DNA of 64,000 nucleotides from Octopus sinensis (GCF_006345805.1 NC_042999.1:37324001-37388000); one strand, 5' to 3'; shown: positions 13,027-26,454, numbered from the stretch's first letter. The notes: generated by a model not told the origin, from the letters alone. Numbers and translations: made by a program.

Positions 13027-13385
13027 CCAGTAACGCTGCCGTAATCTCTTTTAGAGAGACTTAGTAATTTTAATATTTCTATTGTATTTGTAAAGTTTAA
13101 TTGTAAAGTTAATTGCAAAGTTTGATCGTAAAGTTAATTGTAAAGTTTAATTGTAAAGGTATTCACGGTTCGTCTCGCAGCGGGGGCGAGATGACCGTCC
13201 CATTTGCATCATAATTATGTTCATATCATTATCATTTTCCATTCGTTTTTATGTGCCCGCATGTCAGTTGTATGTCCCTCTGTATTCAGGCCTTGTACCT
13301 ATAATAAAAAGAGATATATGGTGGTAGATCTCCGTCTTTCGAGGATTCAGATTCAGTTCTTCACTCAACTGAATGTGGAAGCACG

Positions 13386-13768
13386 TGGAAGCACTCCGTC
13401 GGTTACGACGATGAGGGTTCCGATTGATCCGAATCAACGGAACAGCCTGCTCGTGAAATTAACGTGTAAGTGGCTGAGCACTCCACAGACACGTGTACCC
13501 TTAATGTAGTTCTCGGGGATATTCAGCGTGACACAGAGAGTGACAAGGCCGGCCCTTTGAAATACAGGTACAACAGAAACAGGAAGTAAGAGTGAGAGAA
13601 AGTTATGGTGAAAGAGTACAGCAGGGATCACCACCATCCCCTGCCGGAGCCTCGTGGAGCTTTAGGTGTTTTCGCTCAATAAACACTCACAACGCCCGGT
13701 CTGGGAATCGAAACTGCGATCCTATGACCGCGAGTCCGCTGCCCTAACCACTGGGCCATTGCGCCTCC
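13386..13768 (-). mobile_element. tRNA-derived SINE, family C-prime
   Basis: Reverse complement of 39178-39560. Confidence 0.85.
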
Positions 13769-14874
13769 TACTCAACTGAATATACTGCTCCCGAATTAGC
13801 AGGTAAGTGTCTGAGTATTCCACTGACACATATACCCTTAATGTAATTCTGCGGTATAATCAGCATGACTTAAGTGTGACAGTTGCAGTTAGTAATATAC
13901 CCGAACTGGTGCCAGAAAGATGCAGGATGCCGTGCGGCTGAATGACTACGAAGTTCGCGTTGCATCATGGGAAAACCTAACTTTTTATAGCTTCTGGTCG
14001 ACCTATATTATGCGAGTGAAAATGGAAAATTCCGAAGCCCATTTGGATGGTCTGTAAATGTCACACATAAGTCATGCTCATTATACTTGATAATTGCGTT
14101 AAGGGTATATGTGTCTGTGGAATACTCAGACACTTACCCGCTAATCCAAGAGCAGGTAATCTTCACCATTGAACGATGGAGATCTACCACCTCATATGAA
14201 AATAGTTTTTTCCATGGTTTGTCCTGTAACGAGCATACACCGCTTTCTCGGTTTTTCTGGCGTATATATTGCTCCCTGGATGAGATGCCGGTCCGTCGCA
14301 GATTATTCATTATTACCAGCTGAATAGACTAGAGCAACGGGAAATGAAGTGTTTTGCTTAACAACACAACGCATCGTCCGATCCAGGTATCAAATTCACT
14401 ATCTTATGATTACGAGTCTAACCCGCTAACCACTAAGCCATGCGCCACCACAAATACGTACTTACGTACACACACACACGCACACACACAACACACACAC
14501 ATATGCACATACATATTTACATACACACACACGTATAAAATATATACACAACGCACGTATACACACATACATACATGCACACATGCACACACATATGTAC
14601 ATGATGGTTGCCTCATCTTGTCAGATGACAGCCGTCACACGTTCAACCTGATTTCCTTTCATCCTTGCATGTGTGTCGAGGATATGACTTTTCAAACCAC
14701 GCATCCCTCACCATTAGGACTTCATAAGATATAAATCGGGTCAAGAAATGAAATTATACTAAGACACCTATATATCATTGGATTTAAGTAACGAAAGCTT
14801 GTTCAACACTTTTGTTACTATCTTGGTCACTACAACAGTGTCAAATGACAAGCATTGTAAAACGACTGATACGA

Positions 14875-15441
14875 TTAAGTTGTCCGGAAAGTTCGTGCCG
14901 ATTTTTAAAGGAAAGAAAAAGGTCAATAAATACTTGCCATTACATTTTTATCAACCAAATATGAACCATTTTGTTGCACAATGCATCGCCATCTTTCCTT
15001 TAACTTGAAAATACTCTCTTCCCAGAATTGAGGTGGTTTCATGGCAAAGAATCCATCAAGGTATCTTTTTATGTCATCCAAGTAATTGAAATTTTTACCA
15101 TTAAGACTATTCTGCAAAGACCTGAATAAGTGGAAATCCGAATGAGCAATATCTGGTGAATATGGAGGGTGGGGTAACACATCCCAGCCGAGCTGCAGCA
15201 ATTTTTGTCTAGTTCCGAAGGCATTCAGTGCCGAAAATGAACTTTCTTATCTTCCATTTTAAAAGGTTACAGAATTAACACTAGTTATAGGAACATAAAC
15301 CTTCTTCCACGAAAAGATAGCTTAAACTGTGCTCTAAATGGAGGTGTAGTCAAATCCTATTTTATGGACTCATCCATGTTCGAAAATAAGTCGAAAGGTA
15401 AGCTGCTATAAATTGGCACGAACTTTCTGGACAACCCAATA
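14875..15441 (-). mobile_element. Internally deleted mariner element with both TIRs
   Basis: TIRs gttgtccggaaagttcgtgccgattt / aattggcacgaactttctggacaac; C-terminal transposase GWDVLPHPPYSPDIAHSDFHLFRSLQN. Confidence 0.85.
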
Positions 15442-15485
15442 TTTTGACTACAAATTTTAAGTCAGAGTATCTTTGTCAAAATTAA

Positions 15486-15503
15486 CACACACATGCACAA
15501 ACG

Positions 15504-15580
<77 letters not shown>

Positions 15581-15607
15581 GCGCACGCACACACACACAC
15601 AGACGCG

Positions 15608-15649
<42 letters not shown>

Positions 15650-15726
15650 CACACACACAACACACACACACACACCACACACACAACACACACACAGACG
15701 CGCACGCACACACACACACAGACGCG

Positions 15727-15811
<85 letters not shown>
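15486..15811. repeat. Long compound (CA)n microsatellite
   Basis: Direct reading; source of several spurious ORFs. Confidence 0.95.
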
Positions 15812-15813
<2 letters not shown>

Positions 15814-16109
15814 GTATACCGAGATTTTAATATGTAGCTTAATTTTATTTTCCAAAGTCTGATACCTGTTTTTATGTAACATTATAAAAATTTCATAAAC
15901 TTTCGACAGACTGTGAAATGAGTTTTTTTTTTTAAAGTTGTATATTTGAAAGCACAAACATAAAGCCATAGACAATAGCATATAAACACTGAGTTTAAAA
16001 ATCCCTTGGGCAGGATTCAATGTTTCTATTCGAAAGGGTTTTTCAATCCAGTATTAACATGTTTTTGTTCATGGCTTTATGTGTGCCTTTTCGACATATG
16101 GAATTTTGA

Positions 16110-16971
16110 AATTTTATTTATGCACATAGTTTTAAATGTTTATACTGTTATCGCCTTCAAAGTATTCTCCGTTTGAAGCAAAGCATCGATCCAGATGCGT
16201 TTTCCGCTGTTCGAAGCAGTCCTGGAACTCTTGCGAAATACCTTTTAACGCCTCCATCGTTTTATTTTTTTCATCTCTTCTACATCTGCAAATTCCGTAG
16301 AACCACCTTTCGTCACAAGTGATGACCTTCGGATCAACTTCCGACTTCTCTTTCAATTAACGACACGAATTCAGTCGTGACTGCTTTTGATCTTACGTGA
16401 GCAAGCCAAGCATAAATTTTGCTGCAGCTCTTTTCATTTGCAGCTCCTCGCTCAAAATTCGTTGGCAGGAACTCCAGAACACACAACTCATATCAACAAG
16501 TTCGTCAGTTGTTCGGCGACGGTCCTCCAAGATCAGTTCATGAATTTTTGTGATGTTTTCATTCGTTCGCAAAGTCGATGATCGTCCTGGACGAGGTTGG
16601 TCTTCATGCGACAAGTGATCATTCCTGAAGCGTGGGGAGCTACTCATAAACTTGCGTTTTGCTCATGCTAGCGTCCTTGTAAGCTGTCGGAAGCATGACA
16701 ACTGTTTCGCCGCCTTTTACTCCAGCAAAAAAAAAAACAGAATTTCATGGAAGCACGTTGTTCCTTCGTTTCAGCCATCGCAGAAATCGACGAACAGGGA
16801 GAAGCACTGCAAAACAATGAAAGGCACCACGTGACTGTACGACACCATCTCGACGACGCCGGTCGGCAGAGTGATGCCTGAGCTCAAATCAAGTGGCTTC
16901 TAGAGGCGGAAGCCTGAACTATAACGGGCTTGTCCAGCAGAGAACGCTTCCGTTTATTTTGGGTATCCCCT

Positions 16972-16975
<4 letters not shown>
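16110..16975 (-). mobile_element. Degenerate mariner-family element
   Basis: Fragments VITCDERWFY, FQDCFEQ.KTHLDRC.ASNGEYFEGD; terminus ccgtttattttgggtatcccctc related to 40256-41210. Confidence 0.75.
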
Positions 16976-17009
<34 letters not shown>

Positions 17010-17030
17010 CACACACACACACACATATAT

Positions 17031-17369
17031 AAAGGGGTAAAGACCCCCTTCGGTCATGAGTGACCATGGGTTTGCACCTAGAGAGTTACCCTCTGAGACA
17101 CAAGTCCGGGCAAGGTTGTTTATGGAAGGCCAGCAGTCGCCCATGCATACCAGCCTCCCCTCTCCGCACCACCAGTGTTATCCAAGGGAAAGGCAACAGC
17201 AGATACAGCTTGGCACCTGTGACGTCGCAACTCATTTCTACAGCTGAGTGAACTGGAGCAACGTGAAATAAAGTGTCTTGCTCAAGAACACAACACGCAG
17301 CCCGGTCCGGGATTCGAGCTCACAACCTCACGATCGTAAGCTCGACGCTCTAACCACTGAGCCATGCGC
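17031..17369 (-). mobile_element. tRNA-derived SINE, family B
   Basis: Reverse complement of 9979-10313. Confidence 0.85.
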
Positions 17370-17389
17370 ATATATATATATATATACAT

Positions 17390-17510
<121 letters not shown>

Positions 17511-17568
17511 TAATATACTTTATTTGTGTATTAAGGCTACCATTGGTTTCATATTAAGAAATATCCCT

Positions 17569-17790
17569 ATGGCGGCGAGCTGGCGGAATCGTTAGCATGC
17601 TGGGCGAAATGCTTAACGGTATTTCGTCTGCCGCTACGTTCTGAGTTCAAATTCCGCCGAGGTCGACTTTGCCTTTCATCCTTTCGGAGTCGATAAATTA
17701 AGTACCAGTTGTGTACTGGGTTCAATGTAATCGACTATCTCTCCTCCCTGCAATTTCAAGCCTTGTGCCTATAGTAGAAAGGATTAAGAC
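17569..17790 (+). mobile_element. tRNA-derived SINE, family D
   Basis: Head ggcggcgagctggcggaatcgttag...gagttcaaattcc; body shared with 26455-27500 and 52425-52870. Confidence 0.8.
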
Positions 17791-18479
17791 AATATCCTAA
17801 TATCTTAATTTTTCAAACCGATGACATGGAAGAATGGCGTTCGTCTCCATGTAATCAGCTTGAAAAATTGTGACGATATTAAGATTTTTTAAACATGAAA
17901 CCAATGGTAGCCTTAATGCACAAATAGAGAATTTTCAATTGCCAATATGGTGTTGAGCACTCAATTTCATTGTTCGACATTTACGTATATAAATTCATTA
18001 TTTTTATTATTGCTTAAAATACTTAAAATCTTATTATTTTAACTAATATTGTGCTTTCCCACATATATTTATCCATGTAATTACCATAACAGCCAATTTC
18101 GGTAAGTTAATTTCAAATGCTACTTCGGATATTGATATTGATTTCAGTGATTTGAGTACTCTTGCAAATGTTTCCTTTACCTATTCACGTGTGTGTGTGT
18201 ATGTGTGTGTGTGTGTGTGTGTGCGTGCGTAAGAGTGTGTGTGTGTGTGTAAGTAATATATATTGCGCTCTCTCTTGCACGCCAGTGTGATTTTCAGGGG
18301 AGCTCTCACTTTAGTATTGCAGATCTCGCCTAAGGATCGTAGATAAACATTCAGTTTAAATAAATTATGTGGGGAAGCAAAATTTGGAAAATAATAGATA
18401 ATTCACCAAATTGTTTATGTTACAATAGCCAGCAACCTGATATAAATATAATTTTAACACAAGTTTATAGGGGTATAAA

Positions 18480-18710
18480 GAGACAATTTATTCAATATGT
18501 CTGCTTTCATTGTCCATCACAGCTTTCATGATGAAGTACTCAGACATGTTGTCCCACTCTTCCCCCAGGATTTGCTTAAAATGATCAAGACTTGGATGCG
18601 AAGTTCTGTTGGAGGTGTTACAGTTCAGAGTTAAAACACCCGATAAACGTTGGATACCGACTGATGACGTCAGGTCTTCCTGGCCAAGGATCTATTCACT
18701 TTGGTGAATG
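18480..18710 (-). mobile_element. Possible Tc1-like transposase remnant
   Basis: Minus strand has a WP..(S)PD-like segment followed by a W..I-like segment; heavily decayed. Confidence 0.35.
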
Positions 18711-19056
18711 GAAAAAGCACCTTCATATAGGTGTTATTAACACACACACACATATACATATGTATACACACACAAACATACACACACACATACATGCACA
18801 TATGTATATACACAAACACATATGCATGCATATACCCATACACACACACGCACACACACACACACACATATATATATATACAGACATAGGCATATATATA
18901 CATATACATATATATACACATACATACATACATGTATATGTATATATGCATGAACATATATGCACATATGCATATATATACATATATACGCATACATATA
19001 CACACATATATATGTATGTATGTATCTGTCTATCTATCTCTATATATATGCACATA

Positions 19057-19123
<67 letters not shown>

Positions 19124-19234
19124 GTAACAGAAAAGAGGAATTTCGATTATCCCCACTTGGTGAGTTGTAATGTATACAAGAAATTAAAAAAGGAAAATAC
19201 GCACACTTACATAGTTTTAATATAATTTTTAATA

Positions 19235-19267
19235 TATCGACCGGTTTCGCTATCACTATTCATGATA
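19235..19267 (-). ncRNA. Hammerhead fold, AUGAAUA core (A3-U8)
   Basis: TATC-ATGAATA-GT(GATA)GC-GAAA-CCGG-TC-GATA. Confidence 0.65.
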
Positions 19268-20229
19268 TTATGTTTTACTTATTTGAATATATATTTTTTC
19301 TCAAGAAGAAATTTTGTCCATGTTGTGCGTGAGTGAATGACTTCACAAGTAGATAAATAAAGGGAGGTAATTGGTTGTCGCTATTATTGTTATTGTTGTG
19401 GGTAAGGGAGATAATTGTTCAGCTCTCGGTAATGGGTGGGGATTATATATGTGTACAGACAGAGACAAGTTTCAAAAACCTTGTTTAGTAGGGGATTTAT
19501 GTACAGTGATGTAATCGTGAATTGAAATATGTAAAAAGATAAAAGTTGGTTATGAATGCATATTAAAACGTGTTTTGTATTTTACGATGAAAAAAGTTTC
19601 TTTATTTAAACGTTCTAGTTGAGAGATTGCGTCTTTGCACTGGTAGAAAGGGAAGACTGTGAAATTTGGTTTGATGTTACCAGCACATTTTTCTATATGT
19701 TCACTGAGAGGAATTTGTCTGTATTGCGGGAAACGGATTTGCTCTTTATGTAGAGTGGTTTTTTTTCTCAAGGTCATACTCATTTGTCCAATATAGTGGT
19801 GTCCGCAACCCGAGCAGGTTATTACATAAATTAGGTTCTCAGAGGCACAAGTGAAACTAGTTTTAATTGTGAACCTCTGTCCTTGTTTGAAAAGGAAATC
19901 CGAGCCTTCAAGCAGGTTCCACAGTTTGGCCGTCCATATTTTTCAACCGTTGGTTTCGTGGTTATTTTGTAAAGCTTCGCATTTGTTAGTAGTCTCTTTA
20001 GCGATTTGTCTTTTTTTTTTTGCATTTGATGAGTTTGTGTATTTTCAGGATGTCGTTCATTTTTGGATCTCTAGTTAGTAAAGGAAGAGTTTGCACAATA
20101 GTGTTGAATGCCCCCAAAAATGAACGACATAAGTAAAAGTAAAACATAATATATATATATATATATATAATATATATATATTATATATATATATATATCT
20201 ATATATATATATATTATATATATATATAT

Positions 20230-20325
<96 letters not shown>

Positions 20326-20413
20326 TAAATTAGAGATAAAACCACTATTAGGCAAATCATACAATGATTATTAATTATATATATATATATATCATAATAT
20401 AAGTAAAACATAA

Positions 20414-20446
20414 TATCATGAATAGCGATAGCGAAACCAGTCGATA
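20414..20446 (+). ncRNA. Hammerhead fold, AUGAAUA core (A3-U8)
   Basis: TATC-ATGAATA-GC(GATA)GC-GAAA-CCAG-TC-GATA; helix III palindrome broken by one change. Confidence 0.6.
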
Positions 20447-20500
20447 TATCAAAAATTATATTAAAACTATGCAAGTGTACGTATTTTCCTTTTTTAATTT

Positions 20501-20539
<39 letters not shown>

Positions 20540-20699
20540 TATATATACACTCAAACACACATGTATGCATATATGTATATATTTACACATATACCAATTA
20601 GCAAAACATCTGACGTGGGTTTCTATTTCATCTTCAGTTTCTATTACTAATACATATGGTGAAAACAAAGTAGAATTGTTAATTATAAACTGTTAATTA

Positions 20700-21200
20700 T
20701 TAAATTTTGACTCCCATTTCACGCCGCTACAATTTTCTGGCGACAAATGCTACAACTCTGTATTGGCAGTGTATTGTCATCCTTTGGCGTGTATGTGTGT
20801 GTCTTGGTGCTTATGTGTGCTCATTGGTTTACACTTCTCATTTATTGATTGAAGGCTGCTTTTCTGGGCTTTTCACTGGTTCTTCAGGTTCCTTCCTTAA
20901 TGTGGTGTTTATATTTCTAGTAATTGTAGGTGCCGGGTGTGTTATTTATTTTTTTCAGGATATTTTTTGGTGAGTTGGTGATGGGACTTGGGTTTTCGTT
21001 CGCGCGCGTCTATGCGTATAGTGCTAAATGATTTGAGAAAGGTTGTTTATGAATGTGGTTAGCTGTACTACAATTGAGGACATATCATTTGTGAGTAGTT
21101 ATATCCCTAATGAATGGTGCTTTTCACAGCTGGGCGATTTTGAGGAATTGCTTTGTAAGTAAGAACAGAACTTTATGTTTGTTAGCAATGGATTTTTGTT
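20700..21200 (-). mobile_element. Decayed Penelope-like RT/linker fragment
   Basis: Similar in sequence to 62000-62230, which adjoins a GIY-YIG remnant. Confidence 0.4.
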
Positions 21201-21229
21201 TCCTTCTTTTGTAAAATAAGTGTCTGTGT

Positions 21230-21505
21230 GTGCGTGCGTGTGCACGTGTGTGAGCAGTTTCTATTTTGGGTTATTTACATTATTTACATTCGGCGGATAT
21301 TTGTCCTCATCTTGTTTGTTGCTAACACAACATTTCGGCTTCTTCATGTGTCTTGGGGGAAATTTCGAACCTGGGTTCTCATTCCTAAGGTATTTTTTTG
21401 ATGTTATTATTATTATTATTATCATTATTATTATTATTATTTTTTCTTCTTTCAAATTTGCTTCCATTTCTTGCCGAGCGTCTTCCCGACTCATAGGGCA
21501 AAGAA
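21230..21505 (-). mobile_element. PLE-type terminal repeat fragment with a deleted hammerhead
   Basis: Reverse complement of 51733-51918; gacac-atgaag-aagcc-gaaatgttgtgtt lacks part of the core and stem II. Confidence 0.6.
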
Positions 21506-21540
21506 ACTCATAGTATACATTATTATTATTATTATTATTA

Positions 21541-21755
21541 TTCAGTAGTTTTATTTTTATTTTTATAGCGTGCTTTCACTTCACTACCGAGCGCAGCTCT
21601 GTGTGCCTTGGGTATGTGCTGTGATTTGTTGTGATGCTCTGATGGTTATTGTATGGAAAGTGTTCTGCGTAGGATGTGTGCAGTGCCTAGTAGTGCAATT
21701 TTCTGTATGTTATATGTGTTTGTAAGTCCTGGTGTTTTTGTTATGTATTTGTCTG

Positions 21756-21756
<1 letters not shown>
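21541..21756 (-). mobile_element. 5'-truncated 3' end of the R4/Dong-type element, embedded in (TAT)n
   Basis: Near-identical to 47003-47215; flanked on both sides by ATT repeats. Confidence 0.9.
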
Positions 21757-21830
<74 letters not shown>

Positions 21831-22223
21831 AATAATAATAATAATGAGATAATGAGACAGTTCACCACATCATCTCGGCCTGCTCAGTCGTTGTCAAATC
21901 TAAATATATATACAGACACGACGATGTAAGCAATTATATCCACTGGACAATATGCCAACATTACAACTCTAAAACTGACAATAGTTGGTATGAGCATGTG
22001 AGAAACAAGGTACAAGACAATGACTAGGCCACAATCACTTGGGATATGCCGGTTCAAACCGACAAAGAAATAAAAGCTAATCCCTCAGACATAATAATCA
22101 TGGATTGTTGGGAGGGGGGGGGACACTTGCTTATTGATAGATATTGCAGTCCCTTCTGATCAAAATATTGTCAAAAAAAGCAGTTGATTATAGCTCTTTT
22201 CTTATAAACTGATACTTAATAAT

Positions 22224-22270
<47 letters not shown>

Positions 22271-22800
22271 GCACCAGGCAGTGGCTCTCATGGCTTTTGA
22301 TCTTAACTGATTGGAAGTGTTTTGTCTTGGTATAAAAGATGGGCTACAGCGAATATTCTGCTCAATACCACAGGTTTGCTTGTCAGTTGTTTGACCATAA
22401 CTAGTTGCTCATGTCCCTTAGCGGTTGACAATATATGCATCTCTGATTACGAGCAGAAGTAGCGGGGGAGCATCATAGCCATGTTGTTGAAAGAAATTCT
22501 TTGGGGTTTGGATAATTCACTTTTGGAAAGATGGGTGTTTTGTTCAACGTCCTTAAAAACCATTATTCAGAGACCTTTTGAGCGGGATGCGCTACTCAAC
22601 GTGAAGAAAATTCTAACTGGGCCCCCACCTGCAAGGTCATGCGCTGTTTATCTTGATATGAGGTCACCATATCGCGCACATGTGGTTGTAATGCATATGC
22701 CTAGTGTACCCTTATCAGACGGGCAGTCATGATGGGTGTACTGGGCTTCGTATATTTTATCCCAAGTGTCACTTTGATGGCATGCACTGCTCTCTCACCC
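22271..22800 (+). mobile_element. ~550-bp non-coding element flanked by (AAT)n
   Basis: High identity to 51124-51678; fragments at 46870-46945, 55085-55245, 56556-56670. Confidence 0.8.
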
Positions 22801-22874
22801 AGCAAAAATAATAATTACAATAATAATAACTGATTTTTTCATAAAAATAACTTTCAACATCCTCTCTTTTCAAG

Positions 22875-22927
22875 GGATTTACAAAGGACATGTTCAGAAG
22901 AATCGCAAAAGCCTCAGTATCAGGAAG
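22875..22927 (+). CDS. Calpain/PEF-domain gene, 53-nt exon (EF5 region)
   Basis: cctctcttttcaag|GG...GAAG|gtaagt; phase 1/0 joins the flanking exons in frame; (W)IYKGHVQKNRKSLSIRK; two codons shorter than the usual 59 nt. Confidence 0.7.
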
Positions 22928-23129
22928 GTAAGTGATATTTTAAAAAAAAATGAATCCGTTTTACTATTTTGGGAACATATTAAGATACATCTTTCGGGTG
23001 CTCTGGGATGCGTTATCAATGATGTCTCTGGAGTCTCAGGAGGTCCTGATTCCGTTAACATCAAACCGTCCTCGTCCAGATGACCCAGCTGGTGTTGATC
23101 AAGTCCCTGCTTGCATCTCCGTAATAGCA

Positions 23130-23690
23130 AACCACTGGTTTTTCCCCTTTATCCAAAGCCACCGGATTCAGTGATGGAATTAGCCCACCTCTTTGCTGCA
23201 CCAGTAATTTCAAGCCCATTCTGTGCCTTACAAAATGAATGCCCCATAAAACCACGGCAGCCCACTTCAAATGCCTCGCAACATACCTGTCAACCCCCGA
23301 TTTATATATTCTTCTACCAGCTTCTGGTATTTGGCGGGAGGCTTCTTCTCGTGAGCCTCCTCCTTGTGTTCCTCCCAAGGCATAGTCCAGTTCCTATATG
23401 ATCACCTGTTTGGCAGAATTTGAAACGAGAACTATACCTGGGCAGAGTGTTGTTGACACCATGTGATCTGGGAACTTTAACCGTTCCATGAGATCGACAG
23501 TCAACTACCAGTGTGGGATTGTGGGAAGTAGGCATGGTGGTCATGAACTGGAGTTTTCTCCGACTTTCAGAGAACCAATGGTCTCTTTCCTGAGGTGGTA
23601 TTTACTGGACTGAATGGATATCAATGTCATTTCCGCAGCCGCCCTGAGCACCTGCTCATGCTACCAGTGGTAGCAGCCATTATATTATTT
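23130..23690 (-). mobile_element. Decayed 3' end of an RLE-type (HERO-like) non-LTR retrotransposon
   Basis: LTVDL..RLKFPDH..STTL.P.IVLVS...KQVII then PWEE..EEAHEKK.AKYQ.L..GWQVCCEAFEVGCRGF across frameshifts. Confidence 0.65.
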
Positions 23691-24035
23691 ACTACACCTA
23701 TCAAAAATCATTCACTATAACATTTAATATGTACGTCTCAATTCGTCTATCCTGCGATATCCGCTTGTATTCATATGTCGTAAAATTTTTTCGATTCTGT
23801 TTTAGAAATACTGATATATATATCTATAAATTCAACACATTTATCATATTTATTACATTGCATTTATAATTCAATACTTTGCTATTTTATAAATGTATTA
23901 AAATCTTATTATTTCAAAAAGATAAGTGAAAAACGAGCATTCACATTTCAATAACCCTAACGTATTAAAACTGTTTTCTTTCCCAACTAAACCATTAAAC
24001 CTAAACTAAACCATTAAAAATTATTTCACTTTCAG

Positions 24036-24062
24036 TGGATGGAATTAATGTTATATATCTGA
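24036..24062 (+). CDS. Calpain/PEF-domain gene, terminal coding exon
   Basis: tttcactttcag|TGG ATG GAA TTA ATG TTA TAT ATC TGA = WMELMLYI*, matching the calpain C-terminus WLQLTMF/Y. Confidence 0.85.
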   Translation, partial: WMELMLYI

Positions 24063-24128
24063 AGAAATTAATCTACAATTTCTGCGACACGGTTGCATGT
24101 TGTGCGATTTTTCATGTGTAAAAGAAGC

Positions 24129-24134
24129 AATAAA
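24129..24134 (+). promoter_or_regulatory. Candidate polyadenylation signal of the calpain-like gene
   Basis: First AATAAA, 67 nt after the stop codon. Confidence 0.4.
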
Positions 24135-24671
24135 AATACTTTATAACACACTTCGTTGGTCGTTATTACTATTAACATTATTATCACCAATGATAACTTA
24201 TACCATAATTGAATATAGAGATTATTGTGACTTTTTCGTAAACATGAAGCCTGATATCTATGAAGGCGAATAGACAAGTGATAAGAGAGTGGTGTTGATG
24301 TTCATCAGGTCGTGGGCTCGATTTCTGGACAGGATTGTGTATAGTCACTGAGCAAGGCATTTCATTTCCCGTTGAGTCAGTCTACTCAAATGATGAATAC
24401 CCAACCGACTACTGGAGCAACCCTTCTCTCCTCCAGCTGCCATATCTTAGTTGTTTAGCTATGTCAAGTGGGAATAACGATAAAGCTGAAGTGAAGACCA
24501 AGTATATACTGCGTGTGGTTAATTGGCAAAAAATAATATAACCATCTCCAAATATAGCAATATACCTTTTAGCATTTATATTTTGTCTCATTCATTAGAC
24601 TGCAGCCATGATGCTACACCACATTGAAGAATTTTACAGTTGAGCGATTCACCCCAGTAGTTATACGCATG

Positions 24672-24711
<40 letters not shown>

Positions 24712-25382
24712 CACACACACACACACACGCGCACACACGCACACATATATTCAAAATAAGCAACAAGGATATCCAGAGGTAATGCAATACGATCGTTTCA
24801 TGCGACTCCATTTAATTGAACAATGCAAACATTATATATATATATTATATATATATATATATATTATATATATAATATATATATATATATCTATATATAT
24901 ATATATGTGTGTGTGTGTGTTTGTGTATGTTTGTCCCCCTAGCATTGCTTGACAGCCGATGCTGGTGTGTTTACGTCCCCGTCACTTAGCGGTTCGGCAA
25001 AAGAGACCGATAGAATAAGTACTGGGCTTACAAGGAATAAGTCCTGGGGTCGAATTGCTCGACTAAAGGCGGTGCTCCAGCATGGCCGCAGTCAAATGAC
25101 TGAAACAAGTAAAAGAGTAAAAGAGTATATTTGCGGCCTTCCTCCAATTAAAACTATTAAACACTATTGTGATCGCAAGTCACTGTCTGGTCAATCAAAC
25201 CGCTTGAAATAGCAGCAAAATTTCCTTTCGTATAAAACTCTACTATTTTAATAAACGGGAAGGGTAAACAGCAAATAACATAGCTCTGGATACACTATGC
25301 TTGAAAACGAAAAAAGATTGGATGGAAAAATCTTCATTATAGGACTGCTCGGTCGGAGTTTATCTGAGACTAAATAACAACA

Positions 25383-26052
25383 ATGACGACGACCACCACC
25401 ACTGCAGCCGCCGCCGCTACCACTACTGCCGCCGCCATTGCCACTACAGCCGCCGCCATTGCCACTACTGCGGCCGCCGTTGCCACTGCTGCCGCCGCCG
25501 TTGCCACTGCTGCCGCCGCCGTTGCCACTGCTGCCGCCGCCGTTTCCACTACAGCCGCCGCCATTGCCACTACTGCAGCCGCCGTTGCCACTGCTGCCGC
25601 CGCCGTTGCCACTAGTGCAGCCGCCATTGCCACTACAGCCGCCGCCGTTGCCATTACTGCCGCCGCCGTTGCAACTACAGCCGCCGCCATTGCCACTACA
25701 GCCGCCGCCGTTGCCACTACAGCCGCCGCCGTTGCCACTACTGCCGCCTCCGTTGCCACTACAGCCGCCGCCGTTGCCACTACTGCAGCCGCCGTTGCCA
25801 CTACAGCCGCCGCCGTTGCCACTACAGCCGCCGCCGTTGCCACTGCTGCCGCCGCCGTTGCCACTGCCGTCGCCGCCGTTGCCGCCGTTGCCACTACTGC
25901 CGCCGCCGTTGCCACTACTGCCGCCGCCGTTGCCACTGCTGCCGCCGCCGCCGTTGCCACTACAGCCGCTACCGTTGCCACTGCTGCCGCCGCTGTTGCC
26001 ACTACAGCCGCTACCGTTGCCACTACCGCCGCCGTTGCCACTACAGCCGCCA
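25383..26052. repeat. GC-rich ~21-bp minisatellite (GCCGCCGCCGTTGCCACTACA-like), about 30 units
   Basis: Direct reading; 3-nt register kept throughout; several frames are open. Confidence 0.95.
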
Positions 26053-26454
26053 GTTGTTTTCTTGTTTTTGTAACTATTTGTATGCTTGCTGTATAGTGGT
26101 AAATCTTGCTAAACTTGGAAACCAATGGTGGGAAACGTTTCAGAAAATTAGTTCTGGATTCTCATTTCGCTAGATATTTAAAGACGATAAAATCTTATCT
26201 ATTTGCTTGCATTCCAGTAAAGAAACTATTAAATGAACTTCACGAAGGGAAAACAGTTGAAGCTGCTAGAAATAATAAAAGCCGATTTTCCAACAATTTT
26301 CAATGTATTGTCTTTAAAAAAGGCTTTTTGGTCAATGTAGTCTTGGATAAACAAAAACACAGGTGATTCAGGCTTGAAGCTCTTTCGTCATAGGTATTTT
26401 CAATGTAGCCTTAAATAACAAACAAACAAACAAACAAACAACGCCTGCAATATT

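Larger units (their letters stand above)
19178..20503 (-). mobile_element. Penelope-like element 3' part (GIY-YIG end) with inverted pseudo-LTR
   Basis: ORF MSMTLRKKTTLHKEQI...ERLNKETFFIVKY (GIY-YIG C-term); termini aagaaattaaaaaaggaaaatac / gtattttccttttttaatttctt are inverted. Confidence 0.8.
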
